Source of the DNA: an uncultured Bacillota bacterium
GTDB lineage: Bacteria > Sysuimicrobiota > Sysuimicrobiia > Sysuimicrobiales > Segetimicrobiaceae
Direction of reading: 5' to 3'
DNA length: 64,000 bases
Assembly (NCBI GenBank): GCA_963804645.1
Contig: CAWDRG010000017.1
Span: forward strand, 736,001 to 800,000
Position numbers and translations under genes: made by a program. The notes beneath the pieces are model-generated. The model ran no database searches, had not been told where the DNA came from, and saw only the letters and a program-made list of their open reading frames with translations. Of this stretch, positions 30,597-39,438 are shown one piece after another. Within the stretch, counting starts at the first letter, position 1, and each line of letters begins with the position of its first letter.

Positions 30597-31796
30597 ATGA
30601 CGACCGCATCCGGCCCGCTGACCGGCCTCACCGTCCTCGACCTCTCGACCATCGTCTCGGGGGGAACCGCGACATCCATGCTCGCGGACTTCGGCGCGCG
30701 CGTCATCAAGATCGAGCATCCCAAGGCCGGCGACCCGCTGCGGTCGTGGGGGCCGTTTGCCGGCGGCCAGTCGCTGTGGTGGAAGATCATGTCCCGAAAC
30801 AAGCAGTCGATCACGCTGAACCTGAGCCAGGCGCGCGGCCAGGAGCTCCTCGGGGCCATGACCGAGCGGGCCGATCTCCTCGTCGAAAACTTTCGCCCGG
30901 GCACGCTGGAACGATGGGGACTCGACCCGGACCGCCTGCGCGAGCGCGCCCCGCGGCTCATCGTCGTGCGCATCTCCGGCTTCGGACAGACCGGCCCGTA
31001 CCGGCACCGGCCGGGGTTTGGGACGATCGCCGAAGCGATGAGCGGGCTGGTCGCGATCAGCGGCTTTCCGGACTCGCCGCCGCTCGTCCCCGCGCTGCCG
31101 CTCGCCGACGAGATCGCCGGTCTCACGGGCGCCATGGCCGCGATGATGGCCGTCCATCATCGCGATGTCACCGGACGGGGCCAGATCGTCGACGTCAGCC
31201 TGTACGAACCGCTGTTCCGCCTGCTCGTGCCGTACGTGACCCAGTACCACTCGCTCGGGATCCGGGCGCAGCGGATCGGGAACGCCTTCCCGGACGCCGC
31301 GCCCCGCAACCTGTACCGGGCCCGCGATGACACGTGGATCGCCCTCTCGGCGACGAGCCAGCGCGTGTTCGAGCGGCTCGCCGCGGCGATCGAGCGGCCG
31401 GATCTCCTCTCCGACGCCCGGTTCGCGGACAACGCCGGACGCGTGCGGCACCGCGACGCGCTGGACGCGATCATCGCGGAGTGGATGGCCGCCCGCACCG
31501 GGGATGAGGCGCTCGCGCGCCTCGAGGAAAGCGGGGCCGTGGCCGGCCCCGTATACGACGTCCCGCGCATTCTCGAGGATCCCCACTACGCGGCCCGGGA
31601 CGATATCATCGCGGTACCCGACGCGGACGCCGGCGAACTGCGCATGGTCGGCGTCGTGCCGAAGTTCTCCGAGACTCCGGGCGCCGTGCGCACGGCCGGT
31701 CCGGCGCTCGGCGAGCACAACCGCGAGATCTACGGCGGGTGGCTTGGGCTCAGCGACGACGAGATCGCACGGCTTCACCACGAGGAGGTCATCTAA
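30597..31796 (+). CDS. CaiB/BaiF family III CoA-transferase
   Basis: PLTGLTVLDLS, RNKQSITLNL, ENFRPG, SGFGQTGPY. Confidence 0.93.
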   Translation: MTTASGPLTGLTVLDLSTIVSGGTATSMLADFGARVIKIEHPKAGDPLRSWGPFAGGQSLWWKIMSRNKQSITLNLSQARGQELLGAMTERADLLVENFRPGTLERWGLDPDRLRERAPRLIVVRISGFGQTGPYRHRPGFGTIAEAMSGLVAISGFPDSPPLVPALPLADEIAGLTGAMAAMMAVHHRDVTGRGQIVDVSLYEPLFRLLVPYVTQYHSLGIRAQRIGNAFPDAAPRNLYRARDDTWIALSATSQRVFERLAAAIERPDLLSDARFADNAGRVRHRDALDAIIAEWMAARTGDEALARLEESGAVAGPVYDVPRILEDPHYAARDDIIAVPDADAGELRMVGVVPKFSETPGAVRTAGPALGEHNREIYGGWLGLSDDEIARLHHEEVI

Positions 31797-31797
31797 C

Positions 31798-33270
31798 ATG
31801 GCCACACGACGGCGGCCCACCCCGACGAAGCCTCAGCGACGCTCCCGCCCGGCCGCGCCGAAACCGGCGGCGCGGCGCGTGCGGACGCGGCGGGCCCCCG
31901 CCGCAACGCCCGCAGGCGCGCACGCCACCCGGACGCTCGCGGAGTGGGTCGCATCCCGCCACGCGTTCCCGGACGCGACGATCGCGATGGCCCGCCGGTG
32001 CGTACTGGACTGGCTCGGCGCCGGCTTTGCCGGCACTGCCCTGCCGCCCGCGCGGATCGCGGCCCACCTCGCGAGGCAGCTTGGGGGACCGGCGGAATCG
32101 ACGATCCTCGCCGGCGGCCGCGCCGCGGTCACGGGAGCAGCGCTGGCCAACGGCGTCGCGTCGCACGCGGTCGAAATGGACGATCTGCACCGGCCGTCGG
32201 TCATGCATCTGGCCGTCGTCACGATACCCGCCGCGCTCGCCCTCGCCGAACGGGAGCACGCCCCTGGCCGGCGCCTGCTCGAGGCGATCGTCTGCGGGTA
32301 CGAGGTCGGCGCGCGGGTCGGCGAGGCGCTGGGGCAGCCGCACTACGATTTCTGGCACACCACCGGGACCGCGGGGACGTTCGGCGCCGCGGCGGCGTGT
32401 GCCAAGATCCTCGGGCTCTCGCCCGATGAGACGCTGCACGCGCTCGGCACGGCCGGCACCTTGTGCGCGGGCCTCTGGGAGTTCCTCGCCGACGGGGCGA
32501 TGAGTAAGACGCTGCACGCGGGACGCGCGGCGGAGACCGGCGTGTTGGCCGCGCTGCTCGCCCGCGACGGATTCACCGGCGCGTCGGCGATCCTCGAGGG
32601 GGACAAGGGCGTGCTGCGGGCGATGGCCGGCGGCGGCCAGCCCGCGCGCCTGGTCGAGGGCCTCGGGACGGCGTTTCGGATCGACGGCAACTCGTTCAAG
32701 CTGCACGCCGCGTGCGGGCACACGCACCCCGCCGTCGACGCGGCGCTCGAGCTCCGCCGCCGGGGGATCCGCGCGTCCGAGATCACCTCGATCCGCGTCG
32801 GCACGTTCCGGACCGCCCTCGAGGTCACGTCGATCCGCGACGCCCACAACCCGTACCAGGCAAAGTTCAGCCTCCCGTTCTGCGTCGCGCTGGCGCTGGT
32901 GCGCGGCCGTGTCGGACTGGGGGAGTTCACGCCGGCCGAGCTCGCCGACCCCGAGCTGCGCGCGGTGTCCGGCCGCGTCGTGCTCGCGGAAGACGGGGTG
33001 TCCAACCGGGCATATCCCGGACGGTGGCAGGCATCCGTGACCGTCGCGCTGACGGGCGGCCGGCGCGAGACCGTCCGCGTGGACGCGCCTCGGGGCAGCC
33101 CGGAGAATCCGGCATCCGACGAGGAACTGCGGGAGAAATTCGACGGACTGTGCGAGGGACGCATCCCGTCCGAGCGGCGCGACGCGATCGCCCGGGCCGT
33201 CGAACTGCTCGCCGACACGCGGGACGTCGCCGCGGTCGCGTGGGGCGCCGATGCGAACGGTCACCACTAG
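31798..33270 (+). CDS. MmgE/PrpD family protein
   Basis: AALANGVASHAVEMDDLH, HTTGT, KTLHAG, FKLHAACGHTH, AKFSLPF, RGSPENP. Confidence 0.9.
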   Translation: MATRRRPTPTKPQRRSRPAAPKPAARRVRTRRAPAATPAGAHATRTLAEWVASRHAFPDATIAMARRCVLDWLGAGFAGTALPPARIAAHLARQLGGPAESTILAGGRAAVTGAALANGVASHAVEMDDLHRPSVMHLAVVTIPAALALAEREHAPGRRLLEAIVCGYEVGARVGEALGQPHYDFWHTTGTAGTFGAAAACAKILGLSPDETLHALGTAGTLCAGLWEFLADGAMSKTLHAGRAAETGVLAALLARDGFTGASAILEGDKGVLRAMAGGGQPARLVEGLGTAFRIDGNSFKLHAACGHTHPAVDAALELRRRGIRASEITSIRVGTFRTALEVTSIRDAHNPYQAKFSLPFCVALALVRGRVGLGEFTPAELADPELRAVSGRVVLAEDGVSNRAYPGRWQASVTVALTGGRRETVRVDAPRGSPENPASDEELREKFDGLCEGRIPSERRDAIARAVELLADTRDVAAVAWGADANGHH

Positions 33271-34093
33271 CGACCTCACGGCCGCGGTCCGCGACCTGTG
33301 CATCACGGTGAATTACCGGATGGGCGACGACATGCTCCAGGCGCTCGCGCGCGCGAAAGAGGTGGAGGAGAGCGACCTCGGGCGCACCGTACTGACGCGC
33401 CTCCTCGAAAACGCGCGGGTCGCGCGGACCGACTGGTACCCGATCTGCCAGGACACCGGCCAGGCGGTGGTGTTTGTCGACCTCGGCCAGGACGTGCATG
33501 TCGAAGGCGGCGACCTGGACGCGGCGATCGACGAGGGAGTCCGGCAGGGATACCGCGAGGGGTACCTCCGGGCGTCGGTCGTGGAGAGCGCGCTGCACCG
33601 CGTCAACACGGGCGACAACACCCCGTCGATCATCTATACGCGCATCGTGCCCGGCGACTGCATCACGCTCGGCCTGCTGGCCAAAGGGGCGGGCTGCGAC
33701 AACATGAGCCGTCTCGCGATGTTGAAGCCGTCCGACGGGTACGAGGGTGCGGTCGAGTTCATCGTGCGTGCCGTCTCGGAAGCCGGCCCGAACCCAAGCC
33801 CGCCGCTCGTCGTCGGGGTGGGCCTCGGCGGCACCTTCGAGCGGGCGGCGCTGCTCAGCAAGCGGGCGTTGCTGCGGCGGGTGGGCGATCCCAGCCCGGA
33901 CGCTGCGCTCGCCGCGTTCGAGGCCGAGCTGCTGCGGCGGATCAACGAGTTGGGAATCGGCCCGGCCGGCTTTGGCGGGCGGGTGACGGCGCTCGCGGTG
34001 CACGTCGAGAGCCATGCGACGCACATCGCGAGCCTGCCGGTCGCGGTGAACCTGGATTGCCACTCCCACCGTGCGGGGCAGGTCGTGCTGTAG
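33251..34093 (+). CDS. Fe-S hydro-lyase (fumarate/tartrate dehydratase) alpha subunit
   Basis: PICQDTG, GYLRASVV, NTGDNTP, KGAGCDN, HIASLPVAVNLDCH. Confidence 0.92.
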   Translation: MRTVTTSDLTAAVRDLCITVNYRMGDDMLQALARAKEVEESDLGRTVLTRLLENARVARTDWYPICQDTGQAVVFVDLGQDVHVEGGDLDAAIDEGVRQGYREGYLRASVVESALHRVNTGDNTPSIIYTRIVPGDCITLGLLAKGAGCDNMSRLAMLKPSDGYEGAVEFIVRAVSEAGPNPSPPLVVGVGLGGTFERAALLSKRALLRRVGDPSPDAALAAFEAELLRRINELGIGPAGFGGRVTALAVHVESHATHIASLPVAVNLDCHSHRAGQVVL

Positions 34094-34178
34094 TGCGAAT
34101 GGGTCCGGGCACATCGGATCCGAGGCACACGCGCGGCGGCCGCGAACGCCGTACGGGTCGGCACCGGCGGGGCGGCTC

Positions 34179-34745
34179 GTGACTCGGTCGCTCGAGCTTA
34201 TCAGCCCGTTTAGCGTCGCGCAGGCCGAGGCGCTCCGTGCCGGGGATGAGGTGCTGTTGTCGGGGGTCGTCTACACGGCGCGCGACGCCGCGCACGAGCG
34301 ACTCGTGGAGATGCTCGGCGCCGGGCGAACACTCCCCGTGGATCTTCAAGATCAGGTCATCTACTATTGCGGTCCCACGCCGGCGCGACCGGGACGTCCG
34401 ATCGGCTCGGCCGGACCCACCACAGCCTCCCGGATGGACGCGTATGCACCGTACCTGCTCCGGGCGGCGAGGATCCGCGGCATGATCGGCAAGGGCAAGC
34501 GCTCCGAAGAGGTTCGCGCGGCTATCGTGGCGTGCCAGGCCGTGTATTTCGGCGCGATAGAGGGCACGGCCGCGCTGTTGGGCGAACGCGTCAAAGAAGC
34601 CGCGGTGGTGGCCTTTCCAGATCTCGGTCCCGAGGCGATCTACCGGCTGGTGGTCACCCGCTTCCCGGTGATCGTGGTCAACGATATATACGGGCGTGAC
34701 GTCTACGAGGAAGGTCGCGCGCGGTATCAACGATCGTCAACGTAG
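34179..34745 (+). CDS. Fe-S hydro-lyase (fumarate/tartrate dehydratase) beta subunit
   Basis: YTARDAAH, GSAGPTTASRMD, MIGKG, DLGPEA. Confidence 0.92.
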   Translation: MTRSLELISPFSVAQAEALRAGDEVLLSGVVYTARDAAHERLVEMLGAGRTLPVDLQDQVIYYCGPTPARPGRPIGSAGPTTASRMDAYAPYLLRAARIRGMIGKGKRSEEVRAAIVACQAVYFGAIEGTAALLGERVKEAAVVAFPDLGPEAIYRLVVTRFPVIVVNDIYGRDVYEEGRARYQRSST

Positions 34746-34969
34746 ACTCGTCTCCGGCTCCCGAAGCAGTTTCGCCCCGAACGCGCGGTCGCCGGCGTCA
34801 ACACGGTCTTCCCGTTACGTGACGCGGTGTCGCGCGCCGGGTTCCGGTCGGAACGCTCTCGAAGCGACCCGCCGCAAGGTCGATGATGCCATCGAGGAGC
34901 AATCCGTGATCCGCGTATAACGCGGGCCCCAAATCGCGGGATGTGTCGACGAATGTCAGATCGGCCGCG

Positions 34970-36268
34970 TTACTGCCGTACCTGGGTGCGCAGCACCTCG
35001 AGCGCCCGTGATAGGTAGGGCGCCGCTTGAGACGGACGCCTGCACTTGAGCAGGAGGTCGCCGAGCGCATTGGATGCGCGGGCGAGGTCCGCGCGCATGT
35101 GAAGGGCTTCAAACGAGCCGATGGCCACCTTGTACCAGCGAATCGCCTCTGAAGTCTGCCCGCTGGCGTCCCGAAGGCCCGCACGAGCCAGCTCTATCCT
35201 GGCGAGCTCGGTCACGTCCCCGAACCGTTTGGCAAGCCGCTCCGCCTCGTCCAGCGCCTCGTCCGCCTGGTTGAATATGCCTTTAAGAGTCAGCGCACGC
35301 CCCAACTCGGTCAACGTGCGGGCGCGTCCGGGATCGTCGCCGATCTGTTCCTTAATCCGAAGGCTCGCCTCAATATGCTCAATCGCGCCGTCCACCTTCC
35401 CCGCGGCGAGCAGCGTGATTCCGATGCTGTTGTGAGCCCATCCGAGGAACCGCGTATCGTTCAGCGCTTCGAAGAGGTGTTGGGCCCTCGTCAGGTGCTC
35501 AAGCGCCGCGTCGAAGTCACCGCGCTCACGCCGGGCGACGCCCAGTTGGACGTGGACGAGTCCCACGCGATGGAGATCCTCTGCGGACTCCAGCAGGGGC
35601 AGGGCTTGTTGATACCAATGGATTGCGTCCGCATAATCCCCGAGCTCCAGATACGTGTTTCCCAGATTGTACAGCAGCGCCCCGCCGAGGCTGCGGTCGG
35701 GATGGTCGCACAACTGGAAGCGGCGATAGCCTTCGGCGAAGTGTTCGCGTGCCTTCGAGAGATCACGTTTGTAATATTCGATCAGCCCGAGAACGTGATG
35801 CACGCGCACGAGGTGGCGTTCGGTCCCCAGGGCTTCCGCGATCTCCCTGCCGAGTTCGACGTTGTGGCGGGCGAGATCGTATTGTCGCAGACCGGCCAGT
35901 GCGTAGGCCAAGCCGACATAACACTCCGCCTGACTGGCCTTATCCTGCTGCCCGATCGCCAAGGTGAGCGCTTCATTGAACGCCTCGGCGGCTCCGGTGT
36001 AATCGCCCGGCTTCGCCTTGGCCCAGGCCGCCGCAACGTTGACCTGCAACACCTTCGCACTCAACGTCGCGTCGTCATCCAAAATGTACGCGGGCGACAC
36101 CTGCAGGCGCCGCGCGATGAGGACCAAGGTCGCAGGTGACGGCCTGGCGCGCCCAGCTTCGAGTAAACTGACGAATCCTTTGGTCAGATCGCTACCGCCG
36201 AGCTCGGTCTGCGTGAGACCGAGCTCTTTCCGTCTTGCCCGAATGCGTTCACCCAGTGAAGACACCAC
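34970..36268 (-). CDS. XRE-HTH + TPR transcriptional regulator (RRNPP-like architecture), paralog 1
   Basis: LGERIRARRKELGLTQTELGG..FVSLLEAGRARPS HTH followed by multiple TPR repeats (LLYNLGNTY, WAHNSIG); GGGGGA RBS. Confidence 0.88.
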   Translation of the reverse strand: MVSSLGERIRARRKELGLTQTELGGSDLTKGFVSLLEAGRARPSPATLVLIARRLQVSPAYILDDDATLSAKVLQVNVAAAWAKAKPGDYTGAAEAFNEALTLAIGQQDKASQAECYVGLAYALAGLRQYDLARHNVELGREIAEALGTERHLVRVHHVLGLIEYYKRDLSKAREHFAEGYRRFQLCDHPDRSLGGALLYNLGNTYLELGDYADAIHWYQQALPLLESAEDLHRVGLVHVQLGVARRERGDFDAALEHLTRAQHLFEALNDTRFLGWAHNSIGITLLAAGKVDGAIEHIEASLRIKEQIGDDPGRARTLTELGRALTLKGIFNQADEALDEAERLAKRFGDVTELARIELARAGLRDASGQTSEAIRWYKVAIGSFEALHMRADLARASNALGDLLLKCRRPSQAAPYLSRALEVLRTQVRQ

Positions 36269-36496
36269 AGGTCCCCCGATGCGAAACCTACGAGACGCCG
36301 ATGCGCCTCTCGGCGATCCCTTGCCCTGCTTTTTGCAAAGTTTAGTGTATCACCTAGTCTAGATTCCTGCTACTAGAACAGCTCAAGCCATCTCAAGCCA
36401 ACCCGAGCCCGTCGACGCAATGGAACCCCTGCAAGGACCCAGATCGAGCCCTTGCCTCCGATGAGACCCGGATTCAGTTAGAAGCTTCGCGGCTCG

Positions 36497-37009
36497 CTAA
36501 GCGCCGCCGTTGTCGTCGCCCGCGGGAACCAGCGGCGGCATGCCGTAGACGCTGCTCCCGCCGTTGTCGTCGCCTGCGGGAACCAGCGGCGGCACGCCGT
36601 AGACGCTGCTCCCGCCGTTGTCGTCGCCCGCGGGAACCAGCGGCGGCACGCCGTAGATGCTGCTCCCGCCGTTGTCGTCGCCCGCGGGAACCAGCGGCGG
36701 CACGCCGTAGATGCTGCTCCCGCCGTTGTCGTCGCCCGCAGGAACCAGCGGCGGCACGCCGTAGACGCTGCTCCCGCCGTTGTCGTCGCCCGCAGGAACC
36801 AGCGGCGGCACGCCGTAGACGCTGCTCCCGCCGTTGTCGTCGCCCGCAGGAACCAGCGGCGGCACGCCGTAGACGCTGCTCCCGCCGTTGTCGTCGCCCG
36901 CAGGAACCAACTGTGCGGCGCCCGCCGGAAGACTTGCTGCAAACAGATGAACACCAGACGTGCTGAGAACAAGCGCCCCTACCGCGACAAACATCCATAT
37001 GCGACGCAT
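36497..37009 (-). CDS. Secreted tandem-repeat peptide precursor (signal peptide + 8x LVPAGDDNGG)
   Basis: AGGGGGTG RBS before ATG 37009; MRRIWMFVAVGALVLSTSGVHLFA signal-like N-terminus; 18-aa repeats LVPAGDDNGGSS[V/I]YG[V/M]PP. Confidence 0.82.
   Translation of the reverse strand: MRRIWMFVAVGALVLSTSGVHLFAASLPAGAAQLVPAGDDNGGSSVYGVPPLVPAGDDNGGSSVYGVPPLVPAGDDNGGSSVYGVPPLVPAGDDNGGSSIYGVPPLVPAGDDNGGSSIYGVPPLVPAGDDNGGSSVYGVPPLVPAGDDNGGSSVYGMPPLVPAGDDNGGA
36503..36910. repeat. 54-bp tandem repeat, 7 full units + 30-bp partial unit
   Basis: Unit containing GCCGTAGA[C/T]GCTGCTCCCGCCGTTGTCGTCGCC recurs every 54 bp with no spacers. Confidence 0.97.
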
Positions 37010-37279
37010 AGTACTACACCCCCTATTTTGATTTCTCGAGCACTCGAGTACCAAGCCAGGAAACTTCATGCGAGATCTGATTTCGCGGACTCGAAGCTTT
37101 CACGGACACAAATCTTGATCGCGCCCCACACGAGAAATGGCGTGCTATGGCGCCAAGGTTGCAGTCAATACGTGGCGTACGGTATCGAACAACCGAACGC
37201 CATATGTCCTTATGTACCTATGTACCTCCCTCGCCGAAATTAGACGTCCCCCGTCTAACTAACTGCCCACTGCCCCAGG

Positions 37280-37524
37280 GACTTAGCCGACGCCCGAGGA
37301 GAAGGGCTGCCGTGTGGCTGAAGTTTTATCAACTGCGCCGCACCTTCGCACGTCAACTAATGGAGGTCGGGCCCCCCCATCGCCACCGTACAGCGCCTCT
37401 TTGGCCATGGCAACCTGCAGAGCATCTAGTGGTATCGGTCCCTGCCAGAGCAATCATCCGCCGCAGCTACGATACGGCGGTAACGCGGTTGCTGGGCACG
37501 ACGACCACGGACCCTGACGCGTGA
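37280..37524 (+). pseudogene. Decayed tyrosine recombinase (XerC/D/integrase) C-terminal remnant
   Basis: With a frameshift in the C7 run near 37375 it reads RRRAAVWLKFYQLRRTFARQLMEVG.PIATVQRLFGHGNLQSI*WY...IRRSYDTA, matching box II (HxLRHxFA..LLGH..TxxY). Confidence 0.7.
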
Positions 37525-38064
37525 GCGCAGTCGCCGTACACCGACCCGCGAGGCCAGGCGACGCGCCAAACACCAATCGGGTAAGCGTGCTACGCGTAGC
37601 GCTGGCCGAGGACTGATATTTAGTTGACAAACGTCAAGAATTGGTGCCGTCTGCGCGCCCTGCACAAAAAGAGACTTAGAAACGGTCCGGCTTGGCCAAC
37701 AGCCCCCCATTGCAGAAAGTTGAGTAGAGCGGTAGACTTGTGAAACAGGTAAACTTGTGGGGGGGAGCCCGCAACTCGTCCTGTAACCTCTGCGGCATTA
37801 GTACGGCCACTAGCGACTTGAAGTGACTAAATCATCGGCAAGGGGGGGACACGGAGGGCACTCAAAACTTCATATCGGGCGGGATCCGAGCGGTACCGGG
37901 CTCGGCGGCATTCCAAGCCGCAACGCCTTTCGCGGACGCCGACGTGCAGTCGACGCGGGAGGCCGAAGACGATGGCTGACGTCCATAACCGTAGCACTGC
38001 CCGACTCAGATCTAGCGCGCACAAACCAACGTAGCCGAGGACACGGTCAGCGGCGCTTACACTG

Positions 38065-39438
38065 GTGAACGGCAAGTGCGCATGTGCCAAGCAATCGCGG
38101 ACTGCCGGGATGCGTGTAGTAACATGGCAGGCGACGGCGGCAATAGTGATAGGAAGCTATCAACTACCGCTCGGATTCCCGCTCGCCCATGACCAGATGC
38201 GAGTACATTTTCGTGAGCTTCAGGATTCTTTGCAGGCGTTCTGCGTTGTCCTCTGCGCGTTCGCGCTGGCGGCGTCATTTTTGCCCTGCCTCACAGTCAC
38301 CCGCTGATTGTCATCGGACTGGCGGTTATCTTCGCCGCCACATGCCTCGTTAGACCGATACCGAATCCCTCTGGCGGGAGCATTTTTCCGACCAACAGCG
38401 TGAAAATCGTGGCCGCGCTCCTCTGGATGCCGCAGGACGTACTGATCGGTGTCGCATGTGGGGTCGTTTCTTGGGTTGCTCCTCTTCCAAGGAGCGAGAT
38501 CTGGCGAGCGGCGAGTCAATGGTGCTGGATGGGGACTGGCCTCTGCGTCAGCGGCGCTCACGGCCCACCTCGTGCAGGGCGCGATCGAGCCCAGGCCTGG
38601 TGCAATTGACCGCGGCAGCCGTTGCGGCGGTGGTAACGAATCGCGTCATCAACGAAGGGATTTTCTCGATCTACAGATCCTTGCGATTTGGCTTTCCTAT
38701 TTCTGCCGACTTGGCGCCAAAACGTGCTCGACCAGTGGATGAGTCAGCTTCTTGCCGCGCCGATGGGGATCGTACTGGCGGCAGCGGCCGGTCGACTCGC
38801 AGCCACGTGGTCCTCCCTGGCGCTAACGGCCGTGTCCGCGCTGGCGTTACCTGATTCCACGCCAGGAGCTGGCCTATTACCATCGTGCCCAGGAAGCCGT
38901 GGCCGAAGTCGTCGAGGCGGTCGTCCGCGCACTGGAAGGGATCGATCAGAATACGCGGGCGCACGGTGACCGGGTCAGCCAGCTCGCGGGGGCGGTCGGA
39001 CAGCGTCTGCGGATGCCGGAGGCGGACCTCCGGGCCCTTCGCTTGGCGGCGCGTCTGCACGACGTCGGCTTCCTGGCGGGACCCGACGGGTCGGCGCCCA
39101 ACGACCACCACGCGGTCGCCGGCAGCCGGATCCTCGCCCAGTCGCCGGATCCGCTGATCGCAAGAATCGTACGGGCTCATCACGAACGGTGGGACGGCAC
39201 CGGAGTCCCGGACCGAACCGCCGGGCAGGCGATCCCTCTCGGTGCACGGGTCATCGCAGCAGTGGAAATCTACGATGAGGTCTGCTTCGGGATCGGCGAG
39301 GGCGGCAGCACCATGCCGCCCACCGACGCGCTCGGGCGCGTCCGCGGACTGGCCGGCACCGCGCTCGATCCGCAGGTCGTCAGCGCGCTCATCAGCGTCG
39401 TCGAGGAACAGGAACTCCAGGCCGCGGTGACGCGGTGA
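38065..39438 (+). pseudogene. Membrane-anchored HD-GYP-type protein broken by multiple frameshifts (HD domain intact at 38899-39438)
   Basis: Hydrophobic segments continue across successive frames into IPRQELAYYHRAQEAVAEVVE..HGDRV..LHDVG..HHERWDGTGVP; 5' boundary uncertain. Confidence 0.65.

Noticed and set aside
36503..36910. CRISPR array
   Set aside because: Units are contiguous 54-bp (3n) repeats with no unique spacers, lie in an RBS- and signal-peptide-bearing ORF, and no cas genes are present.
36474..36998. Alternative-frame repeat ORFs (RRAAAGSCGRRQRREQ.. and ..TACRRWFLRATTTAGAAS)
   Set aside because: Open only because the repeat has no stop in those frames; no RBS or signal peptide. 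The CCT/CCC and GCG/GCA unit variants are synonymous in the LVPAGDDNGG frame.
36497..37009. Classical modified RiPP cluster
   Set aside because: No radical SAM, YcaO, lanthipeptide synthetase, ATP-grasp or peptidase-ABC exporter gene in the window; enzymes acting in trans cannot be excluded.
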